NCBI GenBank assembly: GCA_030390025.1
Contig: CM059432.1
Location: forward strand, 65,784,001 to 65,848,000
DNA length: 64,000 bases
Direction of reading: 5' to 3'
Source of the DNA: Squalus acanthias
Taxonomy: Eukaryota
Both the position numbers and the translations under genes were made by a program. Below the pieces are notes generated by a model that searched no databases, was not told the DNA's origin, and saw nothing but the letters and a program-made list of their open reading frames with translations. This document shows positions 1 to 15,439 of this stretch, piece after piece (positions within the stretch are counted from its first letter, which is position 1; every line of letters starts with the position of its first letter).

Positions 1-3000
1 GAACCTACTGCAACAGAGGGAGCATTGGGGGAAAAGTCAAAGGTTGGGCGTTAAAGGGCATTAGGTAGGCAAGGGTACGCACAGTGGGAACAGGGAAAAG
101 TTTAACTGTATTTGTTCTACTAAAGTATTATTTCCTCTGATCATATCTGTTCTGATTGATTAATGGGGAGAAGGGGGTCCAATGTCTGGAAGAATATGGA
201 CATGCTTTTAACATGGTGTTTGTGCTAGAGCTGCTCAAGAGCATGTGGTTGAGATGAAGTCATGGAGGTCAACAGAAAGGTAGCACTATTAATGCATAGT
301 GCTTGGATCTTATTCAGGCAAGGTTGTCCCCGGTGAGCTGCTGCCGCCTCTATGCAGCATTAGGAAGCTGTCTGTCCTCCAGTTCCATGTCTTCAGCCTG
401 TTGAACCCAATTGCCTTTGCCTCCATGCAGAAGCTCTTTGGGATCACAAATGGCATTGTGCAATATACAGCAGACAACTATGATGTGGGAGATCATTGCT
501 GGATATATTAGAGAGCTTCCTCTGATCTAACCAAGCACCCTGAAGTATGCCTTCAGAATACTAAATCTGGACCATCACAATCTGGGTAGTATCACGAGCC
601 TCACTGTACGTTAGCTGCTCGAACATCCTTGGGCTTTATAGTGCCATCAGAAGCCACTGGTATAGGGTAGCCCTAGTCATCGAGTAGTCAGCTGGGTAAG
701 TGCTGCTCATCTGTGAATAGGTGGATTGCCTTAACATTAAGGCATCATAGTGGCTTCCTAGGTAGCATACATTCATATGCACTGATGTTCCTGGCATCAT
801 ACACCAGCTGCTTGTATGGCAATGTGGGCCCCACTGATAGCCCCCTGGACATGGGGAAATCCATCCGGTCTGAAAAAACATATCCCTCTCGATATGCTAG
901 GTCCATAGTCGAATCAGATGTACTGTGCTGATCATGGAAAAAAGGCAGCAAATGGACAATTGACTACTGTTACAAATGGCACCCAAAGCTGCCTGAAAGG
1001 AATATACTGAATAGAACATTAGTGGCGCATTAACTTTTACTGCCACTGGTATTGCAGGGGATCTGATGGAGGTGGATTCCAGGTCTGGGGCAAGCAACTG
1101 GCAGAAATAATTGCTTCTGGTGGGAAGCACAGAATTTATGAGAGGTCAAGTTCAAGTATAATCTCCTGGGTCTGCAGACATGATGCAGAGGGTAACTGTG
1201 CTGAGGGTCCCATGTGACAGATCAGGCATCTTTTTAATTCCTTAGTTGGTCCTACTTGTTCTCTTCCTCATAATGTTAATAAAGATGAATGCCCAAAAGG
1301 AAAGATTGCAGTAAACTGGGAGGGCAATAGCTGCTGCTCTTAAAAATAAAATCACAGAACCACCACTGCAGATATGGCTCCATTAACATCCATGCAGCTC
1401 TGACCAACTGCAGCTATCGGTGGTCACTATTAAAGAAAATGTTTCCACTGGAGCACTCCCGTGAGTTGGGACAGAACAACTGTTTTTTTTTTGGGGGGGG
1501 GGGGGGAGGGAAGAGAGTGGAGGCAAGTAAATGGCAACAGGAGTCAGTAGTGGTGCAGTAGCCCTTAATGCCCAGTTTCCCTCTGTAGCACCAGAAACAA
1601 GCCACAACAAGGGTGTTAAATATAACTTATATTTTTTTTTGATCAGATCAGAAACTACACTGCTGTAAACAAAATATTCAAGTTAATCACAACAAAGATA
1701 TTCAGAAATGCTTTGCTCAAAAATGTTGTTCTGAAAAATACAACATCCAACAGTCTTTAGTGTAAATTATGACATTCACCATCCTCAGAGATCTTCAAAT
1801 CAATAAAAGGCTTGATAACCTTACAATCAACCATTGATAACTTTATAATTAACCAACACAAAAATTCATTATAACTATAAAATTCATGGCATAAGTCACA
1901 ACAACCGCACAGGTTTTTAAAATCACCAGCAAACATAGGGATGCTATATTTGCACCCTTGTGATGTATAAACGGATTTCTTTAAAAAAAACTTACTCCAG
2001 GGATCATAAGAAAAACTTTGCAAAGAGCGAACTGCATTAAGAATGAACAATTGTTTTGGACAAACTATTATTTTTAAATAATCCAGGGCTTTTGTAACAT
2101 AAAAAAAGCTGATTCTGAAGAAATTTATTCCATCCCCATGCATAATCAATCATGCATTAAATATTTTCAGTTACATTGACTGTAGTCTTTGAAGAACTAC
2201 ATCTTGCACAGATCTGTTGTGTGATTTTTTCTTATATAGCTTATTCATAATCCAAATTTTAATACCAAAGAAAATAGTAATAACAGAATTTATCCAATGA
2301 ATGAGCGAGTGAGTGAAGACTGACCAGCTCCCAAATGCTAATGCTGCAAGCAAACAGAATAGGTCTGGCCCATGAGTGGAAGAAATTCACTTAGAATATT
2401 GTTTGTTTTTTGATAGCATATGAAAAATCTGCACATTTATTTTAGCCTGGGCTATTGTAAACATGGAGCATGCTTCAATACACTAGTCTATCCAATAGTT
2501 TTCATCTCTTTTTGGTCTTCCATTTTGAAAAACTCATTAAACTTCAAAATTGTTGGCAGGTACATCACAACTGTAGATGTTAAGCAAGGCATAGAACCAA
2601 TTTAGATTTCTAGCTGCACCATTTTTGGCACTTTAAAATATCACAAGGATATAAAAACTTAGACATTGTAGCATTAGTGGTCCAGTTAATGACCACAGTT
2701 ATGCTTCCATCTTCACTCATTTCACAAACTACCCATTTCAAAATATTATCTTTACACTGCCAATGACTCATGGAGATAACATTTTTTTGAAATGTACTGT
2801 TTGCAGCGTTAACTGGAATAAGAGGAAAGTAAGCCCACCATCTAATTGTACAAACTATGCAAATGCAATTAATGCCTATTAAAATATATTCAACAGTCAG
2901 AACCTAACATGAGCGAAATGAAACTGTACACTACTTTTTGATCAGGACAATGTTATTCTTATACAGCCAATGTTCTTTCCCCTGCTGGGATTAAAATATG

Positions 3001-3563
3001 TTTACAAAAGACTTGCACAGTTATTGCGAGATGGACACTATGGATCAATAAATACATCTGAAGAGTTTTATAGAGGCAGGTTAAAAATGAAAACCTTACT
3101 ATACATGAAAGACAGAGCAAGTTCTGTTCAGATTAATTAGTAGGCATATTAGATGATTCACATTATGAAACAATACTGATCCTACGAACCAGTATCTTCA
3201 CCTTAATGTGAAAAGCTGTATAACTATATAGGATAATCAATGTACGTTTTGGTGAATACGATGAAACCTACCAAGTGCATGAACTCAGTTATTCTATGCT
3301 GAACACCTGTAAATTCTTGCACAACTGTTAACATTGGAATTGCTAGACGAGAAAGACCAAGGTCCATTTAGATTACCTTCTATCACCCCGGTAGTCACAT
3401 GATACAATCACAATAGTTGTTGTCTAATCATAGCAATCAATTTTGATCAATTAGTCTACAACAGATCCAGACACGAGGCGAGGAAACTGCCAGTGGTGGA
3501 AAGCTTTAGGAAACATAGGTCCAAAGTCACTTGTTCCTCCCAAGCATGCCACACTTACCATAT

Positions 3564-4304
3564 GGCCCGTAATTTCCGATAGGAGGCATCCTGCATGCGG
3601 ATGCCTCCTATCGGGAAAAAATCTACGCCCTTACCCAAGGGCTCCCGAGGTCCGGACTATTCCGCTCCTGGGCCTCTCCAGGTGCGCGCGCATGCACACA
3701 AAGGCCCAGGTATCCCGGGGCGCAGGCAGTTCGCAAGCGTCCCTGGGATCACATGGGCCAGGCGAGCCAATGGGAGAAGGGAATCCACCTTCATACTTTT
3801 GACAGGTAGATCTGTCAAAAGTATGAATGGAGATCACTGAAAAAAGACACCACAACATTAAATAAATTTTTCTTTTAAATCATGTTTTTAAAATGAGTTA
3901 AAATTACATTAAATTAAATATTTTAAACAAAAATTAAATTTTTTGAAAAAAATTAAAGTTTTATGGGGCTAAAAATAAACTTACCTTTTTTAAAAGTATT
4001 ATTACATTATAAATGAGTGAAAAAAAATATTTTTTTACTTTTTTTTAAACTCTTATGCTGGTAAAAGCAGGCCTTATGCCTGCTTTTACCAGGCGTAAGA
4101 TTTTTAAGGATTTCAGCGGGCAGAGGTTCTGCAGAAAGCGGAACTCTCCCCCCCGCAGAGGCCCTTCTCCAGTGCAGGTTGCAGTGCGATCGGAAGTGCT
4201 GGTTTTAGTGCAGGCGCTTCGCATGCCTGAAACCGGCACTTGCAAGGTCCCTACGGGTGTGTACACACCTCATACGCATCCGTAGGCATCAGAAATTACA
4301 GGCC
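3564..4304 (+). mobile_element. Non-autonomous TIR element (Harbinger-like MITE), family A copy 1
   Basis: TIR GGCCCGTAATTTCCGAT / ATCAGAAATTACAGGCC; flanks TAT/TTT; co-linear with 9037-9785; right flank 4305-4490 is a decayed minus-strand CR1 3' fragment. Confidence 0.85.
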
Positions 4305-4792
4305 TTTATCTTGTCTCAAATTACCCATATATTGTATCCCAAAATATTATTTTCTGATAGAAAACTATCTAATTTACATTTCAATGAATTAATGCCATCT
4401 GCTTCCACCATCTCCCTCGGGAGCCTGTTCCATAGATTGACCACTTCCTCATAATGTGGAAAAAATGTTTCCGCAGATTCATTTCAAATTTAGCCCACCA
4501 CCCTCCCCTCACTCAAGTGCAGGCTTGTTTGAATATTTTGATTTTTTTTTTTCTATACAGGTGTGGGCTGGGACATGGTCAGCACCTTTGGCTTTAGGCA
4601 AATAGGAGTTTCATTGCGCCAGCAGAGCAGAATACAGCCTGGAAACTCAGGCCCACCTTTCTTTTTAAAAATCGCAAGACTAATCAACATTGTTAAACCG
4701 AGTGACATATTTTAGCACTAGATTTTACAATAAATTATTGCTTCCCAACTTCATATTAGTGGGCAACTCTTTACAATGACAACTTTGAATTA

Positions 4793-5307
<515 letters not shown>

Positions 5308-5492
5308 CTGCAAAAGACAATTACAGTACATGAAAATTAACAATGTAATTAAATGCATTCAATTTACAGTAATTAGAGGTGGGGATAAAAGATGCTGAGC
5401 CTTATACAACAACCTGAATTCCCTCTTAACATCCCCTCTCCCATCTTGTAAGATCTTTTCTTGAAAACCCTCACAGGCTGTTCCTGACCAAC

Positions 5493-5808
5493 AAGGCATT
5501 TGTTGAAAAAGTGTAACATCCCCACCGACACCTGGGAATCCCTGGCCCAAGACCGCACAAAGTGGAGGAGAAGCATCCGGGAAGGCGCCGAACACCTCGA
5601 GTCTCTTCGCCGGGAGCAAGCGGAAGCCAAGCGCAGGCAGCGCAAGGAGCGCACGTCAACCCAAGCACCCCACCCACCTGCCCCTTCAACCACCATCTGC
5701 TCAGACTGTAGGTCCCGCATTGGACTCATCAGTCACCTGCAAACTCATTTTTAATGTGGAAGCAAGTCATCCTCGGTTCCGAGGGACTGCCTAAGAAGAG
5801 AAGAAGAT
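5493..5808 (+). mobile_element. RTE-clade LINE 3' end
   Basis: Peptide IPTDTWESLAQDRTKWRRSIREG...CSDCRSRIGLISHLQTH typical of RTE C-termini, followed by a GAAGA-type tail. Confidence 0.8.
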
Positions 5809-6374
5809 AACAGATATATGAAGGGAATTCCCAAGGCAGCTGAAGACACAGTCATCAATTGGGAGGGGGGGGGGGGCAGGGGGGTGCTGACGCACAAGAG
5901 GCTGAGGGAATGGATAGTTTGGTGGTGCGGGGGTGCTGGGAGTCTAGGAGCCAACGTAGCTCAACAAAGAGGAAGGTTTACAGGCAAAGATGACTTGATG
6001 CAGTTTTACATAAATCATCAATCCCAGGCTGTTTAGCCAGTTTTCCCTTCAAGTTGAATACAGAGGGCTTGGAAACACCAATCTTTTAAAAACTAACTTC
6101 TTTTGGGCCATTCCTGAAACATCTGCAATGCATTGATTTGTACAGAAAGTATAACAGGGAAGGTATTTTACAAAAAAATTCAGCTATATAGGCCACAACT
6201 TAGCATATTAAAAAATCTTGTATAACTTTTCTGTTGGAATCTTAAAAGGCAACACAAAAATAAATTCACAAGCCCATAGGTTTAAATAAAGCATAATGTT
6301 ACAGACTACAACACCATAATGTAAATATAGAAGACCAACCAAATGAGGGTGCTATATCAAAACATGATTCAGGG

Positions 6375-7817
6375 TCATAATGGCACAGGAGGCCGCCATT
6401 CGGCCCATCGAGTCCATGTAGAGCAATCCAGTCAGTCCCATTCCCCTGCTCTATCCCCATAGCCCTGCAAGTTTATTTCCCTCAAGTGCCTATCCAGTCT
6501 CCCCTTGAAAACATTGTGTGTCTCCGCTTCCACCACTTCCGTCGGCAGCGAGTTCCAGGTCCTCACCACTCGCTGCGTAAAATTTTTATCCTCACATCCC
6601 CCCTGTATGGCTTGCCCAAAACCTTAAATCTGTGTCCCTCGTCCTTGTACCATCAACTAGTGGGAACAGCCTTTCCCTATCTAGCCTATCCAAACCCGTC
6701 ATAATCTTGTACCCCTCTATCAAATCACCCCTCAACCTCCTTTGCTCTAATGAAAACAAATCCAGCTTCTCCAACCTGTCCTTGTAGCTAAGAGCCCCCA
6801 TTCCCTGAACCATTCTGGTAAATCTCCTCTGCGCCCTCTCAAGGGCCTTCACATCCTTCCTAAAGTGTGGTGACGAGAACTGGACGCAAACTCGAGTTGT
6901 GGCCTAACCAGTGCTTTATAAAGGTTCAGCATAACTTCTCTACTTTTGTACTCAATACCTCTATTTATGAAGCCCAAGATCCCATATGCTTTGCTAACCA
7001 CTCTCTCAATATGTCCTGCCACCTTCAGGAACCTATGTACATTAACTCCCAGGTCCCTCTGTCCCTGTACACTCTTTAAAACTGTGCCATTAAGTCAGAG
7101 TGTATATTGCCTCTCCCTGTTCCTTCTGCCAAAATGTATCACCTCACACTTCTCTATTAAATTCCATCTGTCACTTGTCTGCCCATTCTGCTAGCCTTTC
7201 TATGTCCTGTTGCAGTCGATTAGTATCATCCTCACAGTTTGCCATACCCCAAGTTTGGGGTCATAGGCAAATTTAGAAATTCTACTCTGTATTCCAATAT
7301 CCAGGTCATTTATATATATCAAAAAAAGCAGTGGCCCCAGCACTGACCCTTGGGGAACACCACTGTCTACCATCCTCCAGTCTGAAAAATAGCCATTTAC
7401 CACAATTCACTGTTTTCTGTCCTTAAGCCAATTCCTTATCCAAGCTGCCACTGACCCACCTATTCCATGAGCCTCAATTTTGTTAACTAGCCTTCTATGT
7501 GGTACATTGTCAAACGCCTTCCTAAAATCCATGTAGACAACATCCATTGCATTCCCTTCATCGATCCTCCGTTACTTCATCAAAAAATTCAATTAGATTA
7601 GTCAAACATGATCTGCCTTTTACAAATCCATGTTGGCTCTCCTTAATTAGCTTAAACCTCTCCAAGGGCCCGTTAATTTTTTCCTTGATTATTGTTTCTA
7701 AAACTTTACCCACCACTGATGTTAAACTGACCGGCCTGTAGTTACTAGGATTGTCCTTACACCCTTTCTTGAACAATGGTGTCATATTTGCCACTTTCCA
7801 ATCCTCAGGCACCTCCC
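6375..7817 (-). mobile_element. CR1 LINE, 5'-truncated, frameshifted RT
   Basis: [49 protein letters not shown] fragments; CR1 3'UTR near 6375. Confidence 0.92.
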
Positions 7818-8656
7818 AACAAAAATCTCCAAGAGAAAGGCATCTCTTATGATCACCCCATCCTCACTAAAGTGAAGTAAATTGGGAACAAAATCTAAAA
7901 GCATACGACACCCAAGTCACAAAGAAAAATTGTATATTCTGGAAATTCTCAAATAAAAACCATGTCCATCAGCATCTGACAAGTGACAGGTTAATCTTTC
8001 GGATGGAGAACCTTTATTAGCCCAGAAAAAAAAAACAAGCCCCTTTATAGAATGGATCAAAATAAAAAAGGGAGGGGAAAACACAACAACTTTGGAGTAA
8101 ACCACAGTGGAGCAAGAGGAAAAAAATTAAAGAATATCTTCTCAAAGCTTACTCATTACCAGAACCAAGTAAATTATAATCAAATAACAACTTGCAATAA
8201 ATATAGCACCTTTAATATAGAAAATAACATCCCAATAAATCATAAAACAGTAAAAAGCTAAAGTTTCATTTAAAAACAATGATGGAAAAAAATCAGCAGA
8301 GGAAACTATCCTACACATTGTTTTCTGCACTGACCTTATCAATTGAAATTAAGCCATTATCAAACGGCATTTATCTAAACCTTTGAGTACTGAATACTTT
8401 CACCACTAATCTATACACTTAGTTAATACAGAAATTAGAGTGGAGATTATAGCAAATACAGGGGCATCAAAGTGAGAGGCATTGGTACTTGAGAATGGAA
8501 CATTTCCCCCTGCACCCCGCCCCCCCCCCCCCCCCCCGGTTTTGTCACCCAGTTTCACCATCACTCAATTTTCATGAGTTATATCATAAGCAAGGTTCAG
8601 AACAAAGTTCAGCAGCTTTTATTGTGCCCAAACAACATCAAACTAGTGTATACATT

Positions 8657-8780
8657 ACTACAACAACAACTTGTATTTATATAGCATCTTTAACGTAGTA
8701 AAAAAAGTCTCAAGGCACTTCACGGGAGTGCTTGCAAACAAAATTTGACACCGAGGCGCAAAAGGAGATATTAGGACACG
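8657..8780 (-). mobile_element. L2 LINE 3' tail fragment
   Basis: ACAACAACTTGTATTTATATAGC...CAAAATTTGACACCGAG, same as the 3' ends of L2 copies at 35070 and 37835. Confidence 0.7.
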
Positions 8781-9036
8781 CATTAGTGCGAACTATGTAC
8801 TTCCCATAATAGCCATCTTTACAGCCTCTCAAATGAGACTACCTATTTACTGCCAAATTATGAATGGTTCACACCTACTCAGGAACTGAGTTGAGAAAGT
8901 TCAAACTTATTTCATATTACAGCCAGAGAGGAGACTTTAATTCCATTAGTCTGAAATAGATTCAAACTCATTACCTAAAGGTAAAAGGTCAGCTAACCCA
9001 CTATGAAGGCCCAATCCCATGAACTTACAACATAAT

Positions 9037-9785
9037 GGGCCGTATTTTCCGATCGGAGGCTTCCCGCGTGCGGAAGCCTCCGATCTGGAAAAAATCTACA
9101 CACTTACCCGAGGGCTCCCGAGGTGCGTATAGTTCCGATGCTGGGCCTCTCGAACTCCAAGTGCACAGGGCCTACGTATCCCAGAGGCGCATGCGGTTCG
9201 CAAGCGTCCCTGGGATCACGTAGGCCATGGGGAGCCAATCAAAGAATGGAATCTCCCTTCATATACTTGACAGATAGACCTGTCAAATATATGAACGGAG
9301 ATCACCCCAAAAACACTTTAAAACATTAAATACATTTTTAAAAAACCATCACATTTTTAAAATTAGTTGAAATTACAATAAATTAAATATTTTAAACAAA
9401 AATTTAATTTTTTGAAAAAAATAATTGAAGTTTTTTACGGGGCTAAAAATAAACTTACCTTTTTTAAAGTATTTTTAAATGATAAATGACTGAAAACATT
9501 TTTTTTTTTACTTTTTTCAACTCTTATCCTGGTAAAAGCAGGCCTTACGCCTGCTTTTACCAGGCGTAAGAATTCTAAGGGTTCTCTGCAGGCGGAGGGT
9601 CTCCAAAAAGCGGAACTCTCCGCCCGCAGAGGCCCTGCTCCAGGGCAGCCGGAGGATCTGTCGAGAGCATTCTTGACAGATCGGAAATGGCGGTTTTCAG
9701 CGCATGCCTGAAACCGGCATTTCCGATGTCCCTACGGGTGGGTACACAGTGCATAACCACCTGTAGGGATCGGAATATCCGGGCC
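9037..9785 (+). mobile_element. Harbinger-like MITE, family A copy 2
   Basis: TIR GGGCCGTATTTTCCGATC / GATCGGAATATCCGGGCC; 3-bp TSD AAT. Confidence 0.88.
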
Positions 9786-9864
9786 AATAAAATTGCTTTT
9801 TTTTGCATTTATTTTTCCCCTTGCATAGTCTATGCGTAGACCAGTACTGCTACTATATGTTCCT

Positions 9865-10160
9865 ACAACAACAGCTTGTATTTATATAGGGCCTTTAATG
9901 TAGTAAAACGTCCCAAAGTGCTTCACAGGAGTATTATAAGACAAAAAATTTGACACCGAACTAGATAAGGAGAAATTAGGGCAGGTGACCAAAAGCTTGG
10001 TCAAAGAGGTAGGTTTTAAGGAGTGTCTTAAAGGAGGAAAGAGAGATAGCGAGGCGGAGAGGTTTAGGCAGGGAATTCCAGAGCTTAGGGCCTAGGCAAC
10101 AGAAGGCGCAGCCACCAATGGTTGAGCAATTAAAATCAGGGATACTGAAGAGGGCAGAAT
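9865..10160 (-). mobile_element. L2 LINE 3' fragment
   Basis: Matches L2 3' end at 37835-38130. Confidence 0.8.
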
Positions 10161-13100
10161 TACCTAAATCAAGTCATATCTAGCCATCACAAATGAGATT
10201 ATTTGTTTGGGCACCATCAAGCTACAGAAGCTGCCAACATCAAATACACATTAGCAGCAACCCTTCCAGATTTCAATGTGTGAAAATACATCAACATAGG
10301 TCAAATGTTCACATTTTCTAGGCTTTTGAATGTATGTAAAAGTCAGCCAATAAAGCCAATTTAAAACAAGACGTCCAAAATAGAGAATGGGCCAGAAAGA
10401 AAAACATACAAACTAAAGCTTTAAAATTAGTTTTTTTTTTTAAAAAGCTACATAATTAGCTGAAAAAAGTAAAATTGAAACTGGTTGGCTCAGGGAGACA
10501 GGAGATTCCTTAGCCTGCTGGCAACCTAAGGATTAAAACTACTATCTAATGTGCGGTCACCTTACAGATAAGCAGTTTGCCATAAAGTTGACAAAGAAAA
10601 TGAGAGAGGATGACATCCTGCACTACACTAAACTCCTTACATTCACAGTCAGCTGAATATAAGCATTAGCAGAGGCCTGTACAGTAGGTCACTGCATTAT
10701 TTCTTTACCACTTTCACCACCAGCTCACAACACAGAAATAGAACAGGATCCACAAATGAAAATCACCTGCCCAATGCTTGTAACTCAATTGGGGATGAAA
10801 ATAAGTAGCAAGTACACAATACCTCACTCAACCAATGGTACTGAAAATCCAACAATTTTAAGCATACAGTGGAACACCACATATACTTTTCAAACCCAAT
10901 GATATTAACTTATCACAAAAAAACTCAAAGCCCAGCAAGTATTTTTTGCTTGGCAGTTATTATTGGTTTTGCTAAATGTGGCTTTATATTCTTAGCACTT
11001 AAATACTTTGCTATCCAGAGTGTGCTGGAACCGGTCATTTACAAGCATTCAATGGCAAATTCTAAATAAATGCTTGAATTTAGATGCAGTAGGCTTCATG
11101 GGCTTTTTCTGTTCAAATTTTAAACTTCACATTATCTAGTACATATGAAATGCAGAATTCTACAGTGCAGAAAGTAAAACTGAAACTTCTATGACAACGA
11201 TTTTTTAAGACTGAAATACATTGCAGGTATTTAGGTTCACTATTTTGCTACCATTTGTAAAATAAAGTAATTTAAATAAGAAACTCCATAGAAATTCAAA
11301 TAAAATAGATAATCTGTTCTGTTTTCAATCAGTTCCATTCCACTTTGGATGCTGGAGGTTAAAAGGCATGGCAATGTTAAGCATATTTCTTAGTTCAAGT
11401 GGAAATCCTCAAGGTTTAGAAATGGTTCCACCTATGCCAAGGTATTAATTGATGCATGCATACATACAAGTGTCTATATAAAAAACACACTATATCATAT
11501 ATACACATAAATGCACACAAAATTTTAAATAGTTTATACTGAAGATAGGCAAAACCCTTGTGTTAATACAAGTCCACCCACCTGAATCAGTGTGCATGCA
11601 TGATAACTTAAAATAACCAAGGAATGAGAAAATAAAAATAAATAAGGATAGATAGAATGGAACGAAACAGGAGCAAGAAATAAAAGTGATGAGAGAGACA
11701 GTCTGGAAAATTGTTTTGCATGCAAATCCAATAATCATTGGTCATTACTGTTCTACATTACTAATCTTACTTTCAAAATTATTTTGGGGATTATTACAGT
11801 TTTACTTCTCACATTTGTCTCTCCTGCTACCTGTTGACCTAATTATGCACATGTTGGCAGTACAGCAATAAACTACAAATTTCAGAAGTACTGGCCGTCA
11901 TTGGGCCAGTTCTGCAACAATTAATTCAAATTGAAGGTTCTAATTGGAACAATCAAAGGCTGAAATTAAACTGGTCAGAGTCAGCAGCTGTAGTTCAGGT
12001 TTCAACCAGGCATTACCCTTTTTACACTGCCTGGCTGTAACCTTAATTCTGCTGTCCGCAAAAGCACCCTACACACGTGGTTACCAGCATTCAGTTTTGG
12101 GCACCTCAGGAAGAACATACTGGCCTTAGAGGGGATGCAACGCAGATTCACCAGAATGAGATCGGAGATGAAATGATTAAATTGATCAGGGAGGCATGCA
12201 AGCTTCAAAGCCTCTTCAAGATCTCACTTGAAGGGGTAGGACAGTGCAGAATTGACTTGCTCTTCAGTTTGTTTTTCCCAAAAGAGAATTGGAACTTACC
12301 AAGTACAGAATCCAAGAGGTGAATTTACATTTTAAAATGCTCAAGGCAAAACATGCATGTGACCAACACATCTGCACAACTGAATTTGTAATTTCTGCTA
12401 ATTAACTAATTAATTGCTCTCAAGTTATTCAGTCAGTCTCACTCACAATAATAGAAAATGTACTAAAGGAGGAGGCATGAACATCACGTTTGAGTAGTTC
12501 ACTGCAGCCATTTTCACAAGTGATGCAGTTTCAAGATCCTGATGAGGCTTCTATGTTTTTAGGTGCATCTTTATAACATTCAGTGTCATGAATCAAAGCA
12601 TATGAAACACTGCATTGTCCCCAACAGCAGAGATTATACATATTGCAAATCTGCCCAGCAAGTTTAATTTGTAGGTACTTTGTAATGTCTGGAGAGCTGC
12701 TTTCTTACCTGTGAAAAAGGTGAGGTCAACCCATCCTTGTGAGCTGCATATAGTGACACCACTATTCCCGGCCAGAATGGAGATGATTGGATAATTTCCC
12801 CCATATATCACACCTGGACACCACGCTGCTGTAAGTGACTGGAATTGACTTTACACACATAATTAGTATTGTGTAACTATCCTCCACTCACTGCATTTTG
12901 CTGGAGAAATTACGTGCTTTTATTAGGAGAAGTTGCTGCAACTTTGGTCACGAGTTCAGTTTGCTCCAGACTCTTTCTAAAGTCTCTGCAAATCGACGTT
13001 GTTTGCTGTAAAATACATTGTTTGTTGCAAGTCCTGCCCCACCTTAAACTCATTGGCTGACACAGTGGTGTCAATAGATACTCTCATCTTTTGAGAGAGA

Positions 13101-14009
13101 CTGCGAATTACAACTTGATAAACCTGCACCGATGATTACAATAAGCCATACAAACCAATAAGATCCTAGATTCAAACACTGGTTTGTGTTGAGTTTGCCT
13201 ATTTTAACCAGGCATCATACTTGCCTTTAGCATTCCTGGGCTACACTTGGCCTTCTTGGCCGGACTAAAGAGGAAATAAATTAGCCAGAGTAGCCAATAT
13301 CCCCCGGCCTTGTTGGTAAGTGTCACAGGCAGTTTGCATGTTGATGTGCCCCTGATGCAGAGTACAAACATGTAAATGTCAGAAGTACTGAATCAAATTC
13401 AATTGTGATGCACGACAAATTGCTGGTCAAAACTTAGTATCGAGCTACATGCATGAAGAATGGTTATTTAAATGAGGTATCAATGGAAAGGAGAAAACTG
13501 GAAAAAAAAGCTTGTGATTAATGACTGATAAAATCTGTTGTGATGAAAGTCATCACACATGCAAAGTGCCTGTGCCACCGACCAACAAAATAAGGCAGGG
13601 GGATATCCAACATATTGTAGCACAAGGAATGTTGGGACAGCAATTCCCAACTTCATGGCATGGAGTAAGGGAATGGGAGTAACACATCAAGGGACTCATC
13701 TTGCAGCAGGCAGGTTAGGAAGGGAAAATCAAAGGTATTAGGCTTGGGAAGAACTTAAGAGGTATTTTGTGGCCACAAAGGGATCCATAGGAAGACCACG
13801 TATGGACTAATTGGAGGCAGTTAGGCAATTTGCATCATTGAGATGGCCATATTGTGTCCAATTTAATTATGCAAATTACTACAGCTATTTTAAGGAAAGC
13901 AGAGTCAGCAAACTAAATTAGAATTAAAATTATTTTGTTGTCTTATTTAATATTGCTTGTTTTGTCAGTTATTGCAGGGGTTTCTTATCATTTATTAAGT
14001 TAATTAACC

Positions 14010-14951
14010 CCTTTTTGGCAGGAAAAATCCTAGAGCAATTTATTATCTTAATGGCAAGAAACTGGAGAGTACTGAAGTGCAAAGGGATCTGGGGGTCCTG
14101 GTGCACGAAACTCAAAAGGTTAGTATGCAGGTGCAGCAAGTGATTAAGAAGGCAAATGGAATGTTGGCTTTCATTGCTAGGGGGATAGAATATAAAAATA
14201 GGGAGGTATTGCTTCAGTTGTACAAGGTATTGGTGAGACCGCACCTGGAATACTGCATACAGTTTTGGTGTCCTTACTTAAGGAAAGACATCCTTGCTCT
14301 CGAAGCAGTGCAAAAAAGGTTCACTCGGTTAATCCCGGGGATGAGGGGGTGGTCATATGAGGAGAGGTTGGGTAGATTGGGACTCTACTCATTGGAGTTC
14401 AGAAGAATGAGAGGCGATCTTATTGAAACATATAAGATTGTGAAGGGGTTGGATCGGGTGGATGCGGGGAGGATGTTCCCGATGACGGGTGAGACGAGAA
14501 CTAGGGGACATAGTCTTAGAATAAGGGGCTGCTCTTTCAAAACTGAGATGAGGAGGAACTACTTCACTCAGAGGGTGGTAGGTCCATGGAATATGCTGCC
14601 ACAAAAAGCTGTAGAAGCTACAACATTAATTAAATTTAAAACAGAAATAGACAGTTTCCTAGAAGTAAAGGGCATTAAGGGTTACGGGGAGCAGGCAGGA
14701 ATTTGGACATGAGTCTAGGTTCGGATCGGTCATGGCCCTGTGGGTAGTGGAGCGGGCCCAGGGACTGTGTAGCCTGATTCTGCTCCTATTTCGTGTGTGC
14801 AATTCTGTTAGATGCAGGAGATGGTTCTGTGATAGATAGTAGATTGGCGGTTAGGATCAGATCAGCCATGATCTTATTGAATGGCGGAGCAGGCTCGAGG
14901 GGCCGATTGGCCTACTCCTGCTCCTATTTCTTATGTTCTTATGTTCTTATG
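14010..14951 (+). mobile_element. CR1 LINE 3' part
   Basis: ORF 14077-14712 (LVRPHLEYCIQFW, LEFRRMRGDLIETYKI); (TTCTTATG)n tail. Confidence 0.95.
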
Positions 14952-15439
14952 TTTGCAAGAGGATCAATATCAGCCACGTGTGCATGATGCCAATCTTTAC
15001 TTTTTTTCCCCCCCAGTTTCTAGCTCAACTGGAAAGCAGAAATAACAAGTGAAAGACAGCACCTGAAGTGCATAAACTCCACATTATTTGCTGTTGCAGA
15101 AACATTAAATCTTAAAAATGATATGGTGTGGAAAATGACTTCCTTACCTCTTATCTGCATGGTAAATGCATTTAACTTGCAATGCCCCACAAACTACCTT
15201 CTGTAATATTGAAGTTACAAGCTAAAATAATTTTGTTCAGAAAAAATAGAAAATCACACAAAGCAGCTCATGCATGATTACAACTTCAATACTGACTGAA
15301 AAATTCACTAATTGAGCATGCTTGTTTTCAAAAACTGCACTTCCACTTGTATCAACACATTTACTTTGCAAGTCCTAACATGCAGGAAAACCGACAATCA
15401 CAGTTACTACTAAAGTTAACCAAATCAGCACCTTTGTAA

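Noticed and set aside
1..4789. Further PCMTD1 coding exons
   Set aside because: No minus-strand sequence resembling the expected next exon (PFGINHGIELH...) was found.
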